64,000 bases of DNA from Kiritimatiellia bacterium. Lineage in GTDB: Bacteria; Verrucomicrobiota; Kiritimatiellia; RFP12; UBA1067. Shown here piece after piece: positions 9,472 through 19,925 of this stretch. A program made the translations under genes and the position numbers. Below the pieces are notes generated by a model. The model was not told where the DNA came from. It made no database searches and saw only the letters and a program-made list of their open reading frames with translations. The DNA is taken from assembly GCA_050949565.1 (NCBI GenBank), contig JBMNFY010000001.1:32001-96000 (forward strand), in the 5' to 3' direction. Position 1 is the first letter of the stretch. Each line of letters begins with the position of its first letter.

Positions 9472-9826
9472 CAGCCCGGTACCGGTCTTGTGCAACAAAG
9501 GGACAGGTATTTAGACGATTCAAAGTCAATCAGGATTTTGACGGGACGGTGATCTTAAACCAATCGATCCCGATAGCGATCCCGATCCCGGTTTGGATGA
9601 AATCTTGAAACCAAAGAGAGCTGAAGGTTCAACTGCTTTTAGATTCAAGTGTGCGAACGCCGATATGCAACCCGAAACCAGAAACCAGAAACCGTGCCCG
9701 CTGTCAGCGGGCTTCAAAGTTTGGTGGCGGTTGGGGGGCTGTCATGCTAAACTGGCGCGCAAATGAAGAGGCAGAGTTGACTTGCCTGTTTTGTTCCGGA
9801 GAAGCCCCCTGAAATCAGAGATCACA

Positions 9827-11458
9827 ATGCTGTCGGGTGAGCGCACGGGTGAGAAGCGTGACGGCCTGACGGATGTACTGGCCGGTGGGCCGACGTTGCA
9901 AGTGCCGCACGACCCGGCGCGGCGGCGTCAGCTCGCTGATGCCGCCGCGACCTACGCGGATCGCGAACGGCTTGAGCCACCGCTGACGGCTGAGGAACTG
10001 GCGGCGCATGCGCGCTGCCTTGGCGCGGCAATCGCCGCATGCGATGACGAACTCCCCTTTGTGGCGCTGTTGCTCAATAACATGCTGTGGCGTGAGGTCA
10101 TTGCCGGGATTCCCTTTGATCGGCGGTTGCTGCTGTTGCCGCAGTGCCTTGCCCATGCGGAGGTCTGTCGCGCCGACCGTGACGGGCTCGGTTTGCTCTG
10201 TGCGCAGTGCGGCGCGTGTGCGATCGGTGCGTTGCAGGCGGAGGCGGACCGGCTGGGATATGTGACGTTGATTGCGGAAGGCACCACCGTGGTCAGCAAG
10301 TTGCTGATGAGCGGCAAGGTCGATGCCGTGATCGGGGTGGGGTGCATGGAATCTCTGCGCCGCATCTTTCCAGTCATGAACACGCACGCCATCCCCGGAC
10401 AGGGCATCCCGTTGCTCACCGATGGCTGCGTGCGGACAACGCTGGATATCGATTGGGCGCTGGAATCGCTCCGCATCCGCAGGGCTGAAGCCAAGAATGG
10501 CGCGACCGATCTGGATGCGGTCGCCGCAGTCGTTCGTCAGTGGTTTGAGCCGGAATCGTTAGCCGTCCTGATGGGGCGTCCCGAAACCGAGGCGCAGCGT
10601 GTGGGGCAGGCGTGGCTGGCGACGGGCGGCAAACGCTGGCGGCCGCTGCTGACGGCGGCGGTCTATGAGGCTGCGGGCGGTGACATCGAACGGATCAAGG
10701 CGGCGGCGGTGGCGGTCGAGTGCTTCCACAAAGCGTCGTTGGTGCATGACGACATCGAGGATGGTGACGTTGAACGCTATGGCGAACCGACCGTCCATGC
10801 GCAGGTCGGCGTGCCGGCCGCGATCAATGTCGGCGACTATCTGATCGGCGAGGGCTACCGCTTGCTGGCGTCGTCTGAGTTTGATGGCGCGGTGTGCGCG
10901 GAGATGCTGCTGGCTGCGGCCAACGGTCACCGCGAACTCTGCCTAGGGCAAGGCGAGGAACTGGCTTTTTGCCGTAAGCCGGCACCGGTTACCGAGGCCG
11001 AGGTGTTGCGCATCTATGCGCAGAAGACTGCGGCGGCGTTCGAGGTCGCCGTGCAGGTCGGCGCAACAGCGGCTGGTGTCGGCGCGGAGACGCGCGCGCT
11101 GCTTTCGGCGTTCAGCCAGGCGGTCGGAACCGCTTATCAGATCCAGGATGACATCGCGGATTTCCACTCGGTGCGCGGACGGGCCGCCGACATGCTGGCC
11201 ATGCGGCCGACGCTCTTTCTGGCTGCGGCCTGCACCAGCGAGCACCCTGCCGTGCGCGAAGCGTTGAAGGCGGTCTGGCAGGGTGATGCCGCCGGTCGTG
11301 AACGCCTGATTGACGCGATTACCGAGGCGGGCCTGCGTACGCGCGTTGATTTGCTCTATGCCCATTACAAACACGAGACCACGCGCGTGCTCTCCGACAT
11401 TCCGCACAGTGGACTTAAACGGCTGTTGCGCCGGATCATGAAACGCATGCTGCGCTAG
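9827..11458 (+). CDS. DUF116-like Cys-rich domain fused to a polyprenyl diphosphate synthase
   Basis: N-half LLPQCL...LCAQCGAC...GVGC; C-half GGKRWRP, FARM SLVHDDIED, GQGEEL, KTA, SARM YQIQDDIAD. Confidence 0.85.
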   Translation: MLSGERTGEKRDGLTDVLAGGPTLQVPHDPARRRQLADAAATYADRERLEPPLTAEELAAHARCLGAAIAACDDELPFVALLLNNMLWREVIAGIPFDRRLLLLPQCLAHAEVCRADRDGLGLLCAQCGACAIGALQAEADRLGYVTLIAEGTTVVSKLLMSGKVDAVIGVGCMESLRRIFPVMNTHAIPGQGIPLLTDGCVRTTLDIDWALESLRIRRAEAKNGATDLDAVAAVVRQWFEPESLAVLMGRPETEAQRVGQAWLATGGKRWRPLLTAAVYEAAGGDIERIKAAAVAVECFHKASLVHDDIEDGDVERYGEPTVHAQVGVPAAINVGDYLIGEGYRLLASSEFDGAVCAEMLLAAANGHRELCLGQGEELAFCRKPAPVTEAEVLRIYAQKTAAAFEVAVQVGATAAGVGAETRALLSAFSQAVGTAYQIQDDIADFHSVRGRAADMLAMRPTLFLAAACTSEHPAVREALKAVWQGDAAGRERLIDAITEAGLRTRVDLLYAHYKHETTRVLSDIPHSGLKRLLRRIMKRMLR

Positions 11459-11473
11459 GGGAGAGAACGTGCA

Positions 11474-12916
11474 GTGCGTCGAGTCTTGCCATATCTTGTG
11501 ACTGTCGTTGCGGCGGTACTGGCGGTGAGGAGCGTGCGCCATTGGCTGAGCCGTGAGGCGCCGACCGTTGTCGCGCTCCGTGAAGCCACAGCCGATGGAT
11601 CGTTGGCCGAAGCTGCGGCGGCTGCGACGTTCGGCGAAACCGATCTGGCGGGTTGCTTCATGATCGACCGCGATGTTTCGCCCGGTACAATTGCAGGCAC
11701 GTGGCCCGGCTTCAGAGGCCCCGCGCGCGATAACATCGCGACGCAGAGCGGCACGCTGGCGGAGACGTGGGGGAGCGACGGCCCGCGCGTGGTTTGGTCG
11801 ATCCCAGTGGGTGACGGACACGCCATGCCCGCATTGTCGGGCGGCAACCTCTATCTTCTCGATTATGACGAGGCGCGTGGCGGCGACTGTTTGCGCTGCC
11901 TCAACGCCGACACCGGCCAGCAGCGCTGGGAACATCTGTATGCGGTCAAGGCCAAGCGCAACCACGGTATTTCACGCACGGTAACGACCACCGATGGTGA
12001 TGCCGTGGTTTCGATCGGGCCGCAATGCCATGTGCTCTGCTTGGATGCGCGTAATGGGAGTTACCGCTGGGGCATCAGTCTGCCGCAGCGCTATGGTACC
12101 AAGGTTCCGCTCTGGTACGCCGGTCAATGCCCGCTGATTGATAACGGGCTGGCGATTTTGGCACCGGCCGGCACGAATACGCTACTTGTCGGCATTGATC
12201 TCAAGAGTGGCGCGACTGTTTTCGAAACGCCCAATCCCGGCGACCTCGCCATGTCACATTCTTCGATCATGGTACTGACGGCGGACGGGGTGCGTCAGTA
12301 TCTCTACGCGGCATTGGGCGGCATTGTGGGTGTAGCTGCGGATGGCGAGGCGCGCGGCCGCCTGCTGTGGCGTACCGAGGCCTTCAGTCCCAGTGTTATC
12401 GCGCCTTCGCCGGTGCCGCTGAGCGACGGTCGCTTTTTCATGACGGCGGGGTACGGCTCGGGCGGCGCGATGTTCCGGGTTTCGCGTGACGGCGATGCGT
12501 GGCGCGCTGACCTCCTCTTCAAGACCGACCGCAAGCAGTTCGCGAGCGAACAGCAAACACCTGTGTTTCATGACGGACGGCTCTACACGGTCCTGCCCAG
12601 CGACGGCGGCGGGGAGCGTCAGCAGCTTGTCTGCATGACGCCGGAGGGCGAACGTCTGTGGGCCAGCGGCCCGGAACACACCTTCGGGCTGGGGCCGTAT
12701 CTGCTGACGGCTGACGGACTCGCCGTACTGCTGGATGATGTCGGCACGCTCACGCTCGCGCGCGTCGGACAAGAGGGCTTCCGCGTGTTGGCGCAACATG
12801 CGGTGATGGGGCGCAAAGGCCGCGACGCATGGGGGCCGATGGTGTTGGTCAGCGGTCGCCTCTTCCTGCGCGACAGCACGCGGCTCTATTGCCTTGATCT
12901 CGGCGGGATTTTTTAA
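11474..12916 (+). CDS. PQQ-like beta-propeller repeat protein
   Basis: WPGFRGPARDN, repeated CLDA.tG...W blades, terminal GRLFLRD..RLYCLDL; N-terminal anchor. Confidence 0.85.
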   Translation: MRRVLPYLVTVVAAVLAVRSVRHWLSREAPTVVALREATADGSLAEAAAAATFGETDLAGCFMIDRDVSPGTIAGTWPGFRGPARDNIATQSGTLAETWGSDGPRVVWSIPVGDGHAMPALSGGNLYLLDYDEARGGDCLRCLNADTGQQRWEHLYAVKAKRNHGISRTVTTTDGDAVVSIGPQCHVLCLDARNGSYRWGISLPQRYGTKVPLWYAGQCPLIDNGLAILAPAGTNTLLVGIDLKSGATVFETPNPGDLAMSHSSIMVLTADGVRQYLYAALGGIVGVAADGEARGRLLWRTEAFSPSVIAPSPVPLSDGRFFMTAGYGSGGAMFRVSRDGDAWRADLLFKTDRKQFASEQQTPVFHDGRLYTVLPSDGGGERQQLVCMTPEGERLWASGPEHTFGLGPYLLTADGLAVLLDDVGTLTLARVGQEGFRVLAQHAVMGRKGRDAWGPMVLVSGRLFLRDSTRLYCLDLGGIF

Positions 12917-13173
12917 CGCAGAGGCGCAGAGACGCAGAGGTTTTTTGGGGGGTGATTATTGCGACCACGCAGTGGCTCGCAATGATGAGTGTAAAACGGG
13001 CGGGAGGATGGGCGCTGGGCGCGCGTGGGGCATGCAATGGGTGCTCGCGCGAGGAGACAGCCCGGCAAAGAGCCCAAAATGCTGTGAATGGTCACGGGCG
13101 GGGCATGGCTGCGCGGTGCAAGGTTTTAACCTCGTCTTTGTGACCACTGGGTGGTCACAAAAAATGGGGGTGG

Positions 13174-15486
13174 TCAGAAAAGCTCTTGCTGGCGATAGGG
13201 CGTGTCTGGTGGATCGGCAGTCTTTTGTGCGGTGCGCGGCGTTTCCGGTGCGGGGGCGCTGCTGGGTGTGGCTGTGCCTGTGAGCAGGGCGAGCAGGCCG
13301 GCCTCGTCGATGACTGTCGTTCCCAGTGCGCGCGCTTTGTTGGTTTTGGTCGCGCCGACGTTGCCACCTGCCACCAAGTAGCGCGTCTGTTTGGTGACCG
13401 CATCCTGTACGGTGCCACCGGCGGCTTTGATCTGCTCGGCTATCTGTGTGCGCGGTTGGGAGAGGGTGCCGGTCAGCACAAACGTCACACCCGCGAGCGG
13501 TGCATCGGCGGGTACCGGCAATCGGGCTTTGGCCTGCGGGTCGATGCCCAGTTCGCGCAACCGCGCCAAGTAACGCTGGCCGTAGTCGCTGGCAAAATAG
13601 GCCAACACCGAACGTGCGGCTTCGGTCTTGATCACGCTGCTGTAGAGCGGCGGCAGAGTGGAGCCCGGGGTTTTGGTGGCGACGCCAGCCGCGACAAGCT
13701 CATCGCCGGTCACGCCGATTTCGCCGCACAGGCGGTTGAAACGCGCTTGGCGTTCTTCACGCTCCTCATCGTTTTGGGGGCGGTTGAGCGTTGAGCGCGG
13801 ATTGACCGCAGCGGCCTCGGCGTATAGCTCGGCCAGCCGCACCACCGCTTGCAGGATCGGCGACGCATCGAGGTCGGAGAAGCGTGCGTGTGCGGCGGCG
13901 ATCTGTTCGGCCACCGTCACGCCGATGCCCGGGATGCCGGTCGCAAAGAGCCAGCGATCCAGCGGCAGGGTGCGCGCCGCGTCCAAGGCGTCCAGCGCGG
14001 TTTGCGCGTTCTTGCCGAAGCGGCGCGTGCCGGAGGCTTCGTCGCCGATGCGGAAGGCTTCGAGTTGCGGCAACGTAAGTGAAAAGAGATCGAGCGGATC
14101 GCGCACCAGTTCCTGCGCCACGAGTGCTTCGGCGACCTTGCCGCCGATGGCGCGGATGTCGAGCGCGTCGCGCGAGGCGAAATGCTCCAGCCGACCGACG
14201 CGTTGCGCGGGGCAGGCCGGATTGACGCAGCGGTGGGCGACCTCATCTTCGCGGCGCACCACGGGACTGTCGCATTCGGGGCAGGTCTCGGGCATGGAGA
14301 AGACACGCTCTTCGCCGGTACGCTTCTCGGTCAGCACGCTTTCAATCGCGGGGATCACGTCGCCGGCTTTGACGACCCAGACGCGGTCGCCCACGCGGAT
14401 ATCCTTGCGCGCGATTTCATCGGCGTTGTGCAGCGTGGCGCGCGCGATTTCGGAACCGGCCAGCAAGACAGGGTCTAGTTCGGCGACCGGCGTGAGCACA
14501 CCGGTGCGACCGACCTGTACCGTGATCTGCCAGATGCGGGTTTCGGCGCGTTCGGGTTCGTATTTGAAGGCGCGCGCCCAACGCGGCGATTTGGCGGTGC
14601 TGCCCAGTCGCTCATACAACTCGCGACGATTAACCTTCACAACCGCGCCGTCGATCTCAAAGGGGAAGGTGTGGCGCAGTGCTTCGAGTTCATCAATCGC
14701 AGTGAGCACGGCTTGGATGTCCACGCAGAGACGCAGCCACGGGGGCGTGCGGAAACCCCAATCGGCCAGCCGCTGCAAGAGGCCGCTGTGCGAGGGGAAC
14801 ACAGCACCTTTAATGGCACCGGTGGCGTAAAGCATGGCGTCCAGCGGGCGGCGTGCGACTTCGCGCGGGTCGAGCTGCTTGAGCGAACCGGCGGCGGCAT
14901 TACGGGGATTCATGAAGGGCTCGCGTCCCGCCTCCTCTTCACGCTGGTTGAGTTCAGCAAAGCCGTCGCGGCTCATGTAGACTTCACCGCGCACCTCAAG
15001 CAAGGGCGGCGCGTCCGCGAGGCGGAGCGGAATGGAGCGGATGGTCTTGATGTTGGCAGTGATGTCGTCGCCGACCTCGCCGTTGCCGCGCGTCGCGGCG
15101 CGTGTCAGCACGCCGTCTTCGTAGAGCAGTGAAAAGGCGACGCCATCGACTTTCGGTTCGACCACATAGTCCCAGATTTCATCTGGGAGCTGGCGGCGCA
15201 GGAAGGTGTCGAAATCCAAAAGATCGTCCCGCGAATGGGTCTTGTCCAAGCTCATCATCGGTGGGTTGTGGCGGACTTGACGGAAGGCGGCGAGTGGCGC
15301 GCCGCCGACGCGCTGCGTGGGCGAGTCGGGCGTGATCCACTCGGGATGGGCGCGTTCCAGCGCTTCCAGTTCGCGGTAGAGGGCGTCATAGTCGGCGTCG
15401 CCGATTTCAGGACGCGCCTCGACATAGTAGAGACGGTCGTGGCGTCGGATCGTCTCGCGCAGTTTGTTCAGGCGTTCAAGGGACAT
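13174..15486 (-). CDS. ligA: NAD-dependent DNA ligase
   Basis: EPKVDG adenylation motif, TRGNGEVG, NPRNAAAGS, EIDGAVVK, VGRTG, C4 zinc finger, BRCT FVLTGTL. Confidence 0.97.
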   Translation of the reverse strand: MSLERLNKLRETIRRHDRLYYVEARPEIGDADYDALYRELEALERAHPEWITPDSPTQRVGGAPLAAFRQVRHNPPMMSLDKTHSRDDLLDFDTFLRRQLPDEIWDYVVEPKVDGVAFSLLYEDGVLTRAATRGNGEVGDDITANIKTIRSIPLRLADAPPLLEVRGEVYMSRDGFAELNQREEEAGREPFMNPRNAAAGSLKQLDPREVARRPLDAMLYATGAIKGAVFPSHSGLLQRLADWGFRTPPWLRLCVDIQAVLTAIDELEALRHTFPFEIDGAVVKVNRRELYERLGSTAKSPRWARAFKYEPERAETRIWQITVQVGRTGVLTPVAELDPVLLAGSEIARATLHNADEIARKDIRVGDRVWVVKAGDVIPAIESVLTEKRTGEERVFSMPETCPECDSPVVRREDEVAHRCVNPACPAQRVGRLEHFASRDALDIRAIGGKVAEALVAQELVRDPLDLFSLTLPQLEAFRIGDEASGTRRFGKNAQTALDALDAARTLPLDRWLFATGIPGIGVTVAEQIAAAHARFSDLDASPILQAVVRLAELYAEAAAVNPRSTLNRPQNDEEREERQARFNRLCGEIGVTGDELVAAGVATKTPGSTLPPLYSSVIKTEAARSVLAYFASDYGQRYLARLRELGIDPQAKARLPVPADAPLAGVTFVLTGTLSQPRTQIAEQIKAAGGTVQDAVTKQTRYLVAGGNVGATKTNKARALGTTVIDEAGLLALLTGTATPSSAPAPETPRTAQKTADPPDTPYRQQELF

Positions 15487-15512
15487 AGCGGCTCCGGGGT
15501 TGGAGTGGGGCA

Positions 15513-16481
15513 TCAAACGGCTTCGATCAAGGGCGTGAGGCGGGGCAGACATTCGTCAACCGCCGCGCGGCCGTCGGCGATGGCTTCAGGACCGCAGTGG
15601 AACTCAAGCGTCATGATGTCGCCCACCGCGGGTTGGATCAGGATGTCGGGTGGCGTCATCGCCAGCCCGTCGCGGGTGAGTTGGTTCTCAACCAGACGGA
15701 ACGAGCGGGTCAGTACATCGAAAATGGAGAGTGGGTCGGCCTCTTTCTTTTGCGGCGCATACCAGCGTTTGAACGTGGCTTCGATCGGCCCTTGAAGCTT
15801 TGGTATCGAAGCGCTGATGCGTTCGAGCAGCGGCGCCAATGAATCGGGAGGCTGCGTCGTATTGTGGGTATGCTTCGCTGTGTACGGTAGCGGTTTACGC
15901 GGTTGCTCGGGAGTGTGCAGGTTGATGTCCACGGCGATTACCGTATCCGCGCCCATCGCGCGGCAGGCCGAGACCGGCAGCGGATTGACGAGACCGCCGT
16001 CGATCAGGTTGCGTCCGCGCAGGCGTTGCGGCGTGAAGATACCCGGAATCGCGATGCTGGCGCGGATCGCGTCGAACAGGTTGCCGCTGCTGAAGACCAC
16101 CTCCTTTTCGCACAGCAGATCCGTGGCGACGATACGCAACGGCAGGGGAAGGTCGCTGAACTGGCGGGCGGGGATGATGTCCTTCAGCAGGCTCATGATG
16201 TTCTTGCCGCTGAGCAGGCCCGAGCGCGGCAGGTTGACTTCTAGGAAGAGGCGCGCCGCGTGCCGCCAGTCGAGCTGCGTCGCCAATTCATGCAGGGTGT
16301 CCAGTCTGCCCGTGGCGTAGACCGTGCCGACAATCGAGCCGATGCTGGTGCCGGCGACACAGTGGATCGGTACGCCGAGTTCACGCAGGCGCGACAGGAC
16401 GCCGACGTGCGCCCAACCGCGCGCGCCGCCGCTGCCCAGCGCCACGCCGATCATGCGGGGTTTGTCGTGCTGAGCGGACAT
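15513..16481 (-). CDS. patatin-like phospholipase (RssA/NTE family)
   Basis: GSGGARG, GTSIG nucleophile motif, DGG catalytic motif. Confidence 0.92.
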   Translation of the reverse strand: MSAQHDKPRMIGVALGSGGARGWAHVGVLSRLRELGVPIHCVAGTSIGSIVGTVYATGRLDTLHELATQLDWRHAARLFLEVNLPRSGLLSGKNIMSLLKDIIPARQFSDLPLPLRIVATDLLCEKEVVFSSGNLFDAIRASIAIPGIFTPQRLRGRNLIDGGLVNPLPVSACRAMGADTVIAVDINLHTPEQPRKPLPYTAKHTHNTTQPPDSLAPLLERISASIPKLQGPIEATFKRWYAPQKKEADPLSIFDVLTRSFRLVENQLTRDGLAMTPPDILIQPAVGDIMTLEFHCGPEAIADGRAAVDECLPRLTPLIEAV

Positions 16482-16482
16482 A

Positions 16483-16833
16483 TCATCTATTCCCTTGCGT
16501 GACAAACGAAGAGGCTTTGCGTTGTGTGACAAAGATCGTGCGCGTGTAGCCGCCGCGGAGCATCTCGGCGTAGATCTTCCCGCGCAGTGAGCGATCAAAG
16601 TTTTCCGGCACGAGGATGTTGATTTCCTGTTCTTGCGGAATACCCGCCTTACGGACTTTTCTGGCGAGGCTTTTCAACTCGACGCGCTCATCGCCAAAGG
16701 TGATGGCACCATAGGCATCCACGGTGATTTCCGGCACTCGCGTGTTTTCAACCACGCGCGAACTAACGCATGCTGTTCCGAGAATCAGAAAAGCAGCCAA
16801 ACCGATCCATGCAGTGAACGGATGTTTTTTCAT
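16483..16833 (-). CDS. small lipoprotein with ExbD-periplasmic-domain-like sequence
   Basis: Lipobox-like LGTAC, then ITVDAYGAITFGDERVELKSL. Confidence 0.6.
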   Translation of the reverse strand: MKKHPFTAWIGLAAFLILGTACVSSRVVENTRVPEITVDAYGAITFGDERVELKSLARKVRKAGIPQEQEINILVPENFDRSLRGKIYAEMLRGGYTRTIFVTQRKASSFVTQGNR

Positions 16834-16981
16834 AGCAGTGGCAACATGGTAACACAGGTTCGGCTGGAGAGTGAATAACGAATAACGGGACGGGGAGAGG
16901 GAAGAAGTAAACGTTCAACGTTCAAGTATTCCTAATTCGATAGCGATCCCGATACCAACTCCTAAATTCTAAATTTTCCTT

Positions 16982-17019
16982 CGGGCGCGGGCCGGTTTGG
17001 CAAAACCGGCCCGCGCCCG
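16982..17019. other. perfect 17-bp stem hairpin between divergent genes
   Basis: cgggcgcgggccggttt-ggca-aaaccggcccgcgcccg. Confidence 0.7.
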
Positions 17020-17084
17020 CCGCTTTTCCTCTCCCATTTTCGGGTAGGATACGCTAACCTGTTAACCGTCTTTGTAAAAAAACC

Positions 17085-18866
17085 ATGTATCTGTTTGCTT
17101 TCATTTTTTGTGCGTGTGCCGCGTTGCTGGCGCGGTCGGACGATGTGTATCCCAGACCGGAGTGGCGGGATGCGCCTGATCCGCTGGCCAGCCCGTACGC
17201 TGAACCGGGCGGCATGATCCGCTTTGCGGCGTTTCAGCCACCGAAAAGCCTGAATGCCTACATCGATAACAACACCTATACCCGTCAGGTGTTCGGCATG
17301 ATGTATGAGTCGCTGTTGGGTGTGGACTCGCTCACCACGGAGTTCGTGCCGTATCTCGCCAAGCGCTGGACGATCTCCGACGATAAGCTCACCTATACCT
17401 TTGAGCTTGATGAGGCCGCCGCATGGAGCGACGGCCGACCGGTCACGGCGGAGGATGTGAAGTGGACCTTCGACCAAGTGATGGATCCGCGTCACGCCAC
17501 TGGCCCATCGAAGGTGATGCTCGGGGTGTTCGAGTCGCCGCAGATTCTGGGGCCGCGCACGGTTCGCTTCCGCGCGAAGGAGAGCCACTGGCGCAATCTG
17601 AGCGCGCTCGGCCTCTTTGAGATCCTGCCCCGGCATGCGTTCGAGGGACAAGATTTTAACCGCCTCGATCTCGACCATCCGGTGGTTTCCGGCCCCTATG
17701 TGCTGAGTGCGGTCAAGGAGCAGATCGAAATCCGTCTGCGGCGGCGGCGCGATTGGTGGGCCGGCTCCAAGCCCTCGACGCGCAACACCATGAATTTCGA
17801 TACGGTTGTCTTCCGCTATTTTTCCAGCAACGAGAATGCCTTCGAAGCGTTTAAAAAAGGGCTGGTGGATGTCTATGCGGTCTATACGGCACGTATCTGG
17901 GCCAATGAGACGATCGGTGAAAAGTTCGATAAGAACTGGATCGTGAAGCGGCGCGTGAAAAACCATGACCCCATCGGTTTCCAAGGCTTCGCAATGAACA
18001 TGCGCCGCCCGCCCTTTGATGATCTGCGCGTGCGCAAAGCCATGGCTCATTTGGTGGATCGCGAGACGATGATCCGCACCATGATGTTCGGCGCTTATTT
18101 CCTGCACCGCTCCTATTTCGAAGACCTCTACGATGCCGATCATCCCTGCACCAACGAGGAGTTCCCCTTTGATATCGCCCGCGCCAAAGCCCTGCTGCGC
18201 GAGGCAGGCTACACGGCCAATCCGCAGACCGGCATTCTGGAAAAGCAGGGGAGGCCGCTGGCGTTCCGGTTTCTCACACGCGACGGGGGGAGCGACAAGT
18301 TCCTGGCGCTCTGCTCTGCGGCCTTCCGTGAGGTCGGCATTTCGATGACCATCGAGCGTAAGGATTTCGCCTCATGGATGCGCGACATGGATGCGTTCAA
18401 TTTCGACGTGACTTGGGCCGCGTGGGGCGGGTCGATTTTCCGCGATCCCGAGAGCATGTGGCTCTCGTCCGAGGCGGACCGTCCTTCCGGCAACAACATC
18501 ACCGGTTTCAAAGACCCGCAGGTGGATGCATTGATCGAGCGTCAGAAGACGATGTTCAGCATCACGGAGCGTAACGCGATCTGCCGCGAGATTGACAAAC
18601 GGATCGCCGCCGCAGTCCCGTATGTGCTCTTGTGGAATATCGATGCCACCCGGCTGCTCCATTGGGACACCTTCGGCATGCCGGACACCGTGCTGTCGAA
18701 GTATGGCGACGAGCGTTCGCTGCTCGGCTACTGGTGGTACGATCCCGATTCGGCATCGGAACTGCGTGCTGCGATGGCCGCGGGCGATGTTCTGCCGCGA
18801 CGTCCCATTCTTGTTGATTTCGACACTGTTTTCAACCCGCCGAGAGGTGCGCGGCCGCCGCCTTGA
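17085..18866 (+). CDS. ABC peptide/oligopeptide solute-binding protein (family 5, YejA-like)
   Basis: PYLAKRWTISDDKLTYTFEL, WSDGRPVTAEDVKWTF, SGPY, FDDLRVRKAM; signal peptide. No permeases adjacent. Confidence 0.9.
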   Translation: MYLFAFIFCACAALLARSDDVYPRPEWRDAPDPLASPYAEPGGMIRFAAFQPPKSLNAYIDNNTYTRQVFGMMYESLLGVDSLTTEFVPYLAKRWTISDDKLTYTFELDEAAAWSDGRPVTAEDVKWTFDQVMDPRHATGPSKVMLGVFESPQILGPRTVRFRAKESHWRNLSALGLFEILPRHAFEGQDFNRLDLDHPVVSGPYVLSAVKEQIEIRLRRRRDWWAGSKPSTRNTMNFDTVVFRYFSSNENAFEAFKKGLVDVYAVYTARIWANETIGEKFDKNWIVKRRVKNHDPIGFQGFAMNMRRPPFDDLRVRKAMAHLVDRETMIRTMMFGAYFLHRSYFEDLYDADHPCTNEEFPFDIARAKALLREAGYTANPQTGILEKQGRPLAFRFLTRDGGSDKFLALCSAAFREVGISMTIERKDFASWMRDMDAFNFDVTWAAWGGSIFRDPESMWLSSEADRPSGNNITGFKDPQVDALIERQKTMFSITERNAICREIDKRIAAAVPYVLLWNIDATRLLHWDTFGMPDTVLSKYGDERSLLGYWWYDPDSASELRAAMAAGDVLPRRPILVDFDTVFNPPRGARPPP

Positions 18867-18921
18867 GCGGTGTCGTGCCTCCCGAATTGACGCTTCACCC
18901 TTAACCTTAACTGCTATCATC

Positions 18922-19719
18922 ATGTTTCCGATTCAACTTGACCGACCCTTGATTGTGTTTGATATTGAAGCCACCGGCATCAGCCCGCGCGCGGACCGAA
19001 TCATCGAACTGGCCGCAATCCGGATCGAGCCGGATGGCACGCAGGTCAACGGCTACTGGCTGTTGAACCCCGGTGTTCCGATCCCGATCGAAACGACCGC
19101 CATTCACGGCATCACCGACGAGATCGTGGCCTCCCAGCCGACCTTTAAAGACAAGGCGCTGGAGATCCTGGCTTTCTTCGGCGAAGCAGACCTGGCAGGC
19201 TTTAACGCGGGTCGTTTCGACATTCCGATGCTGGCCGAAGAGTTCGCGCGCGCGGGCATCACGTTCGAGGCCGACCGTCGCAGGTTACTTGACGCACAAC
19301 GCATCTTCCACACGCGGGAACCGCGTGATCTTTCGGCCGCGCTGAGTTTCTACTGCGGCCGCGAGCATGTCGATGCGCACGGTGCCGAGGCGGACGTACG
19401 CGCGACGCTGGATGTGATTCTTGGTCAGTTCAAGAAATACGCTGATCTGCCGCGTGACATGGAGACGCTGGACCGCACCTTCAATCCGATTGATCCGTTT
19501 AACGCCGACCGTGCTGGTCGTCTGCGCTGGGTGGACGGCGAGTTGACCGTGAATTTCGGCAGGAAAAAGGGTGCCAAACTGAAAGATCTTGTCCGTGATG
19601 ATCCGAGTTTCGTGAAGTGGATCATCAAAAACGATTTTCCTCAGGATACGCGCGCGATTTGCGAGGACGCGCTCAAGGGTGTTTTTCCCGCGCCGCCGCG
19701 CCCCAAAGGTGATAAGTAG
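18922..19719 (+). CDS. DEDDh 3'-5' exonuclease (DnaQ/epsilon-like)
   Basis: FDIEATG, IHGITD, FNAGRFDIPML, HGAEADV; C-terminal FGRKKG motif. Confidence 0.92.
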   Translation: MFPIQLDRPLIVFDIEATGISPRADRIIELAAIRIEPDGTQVNGYWLLNPGVPIPIETTAIHGITDEIVASQPTFKDKALEILAFFGEADLAGFNAGRFDIPMLAEEFARAGITFEADRRRLLDAQRIFHTREPRDLSAALSFYCGREHVDAHGAEADVRATLDVILGQFKKYADLPRDMETLDRTFNPIDPFNADRAGRLRWVDGELTVNFGRKKGAKLKDLVRDDPSFVKWIIKNDFPQDTRAICEDALKGVFPAPPRPKGDK

Positions 19720-19925
19720 AATAAGCAGTAAGTTGAAATAGCAAGCAGAAACCGTGAAATCATATCCGACCGTTTTTCAGAAACCGCTTTCGGGTTGACT
19801 GATCGGCCCGTGATGTAGTAGAGTCCCTGTGTAATTGAATGTGGAGGTAGCGCAAGGGCGGGGGCAGTCGTCACCTTCTGGCCCAAGAAAGAGCCGCCCA
19901 GGGTCAGCTCTAACGTTATTTGGAT

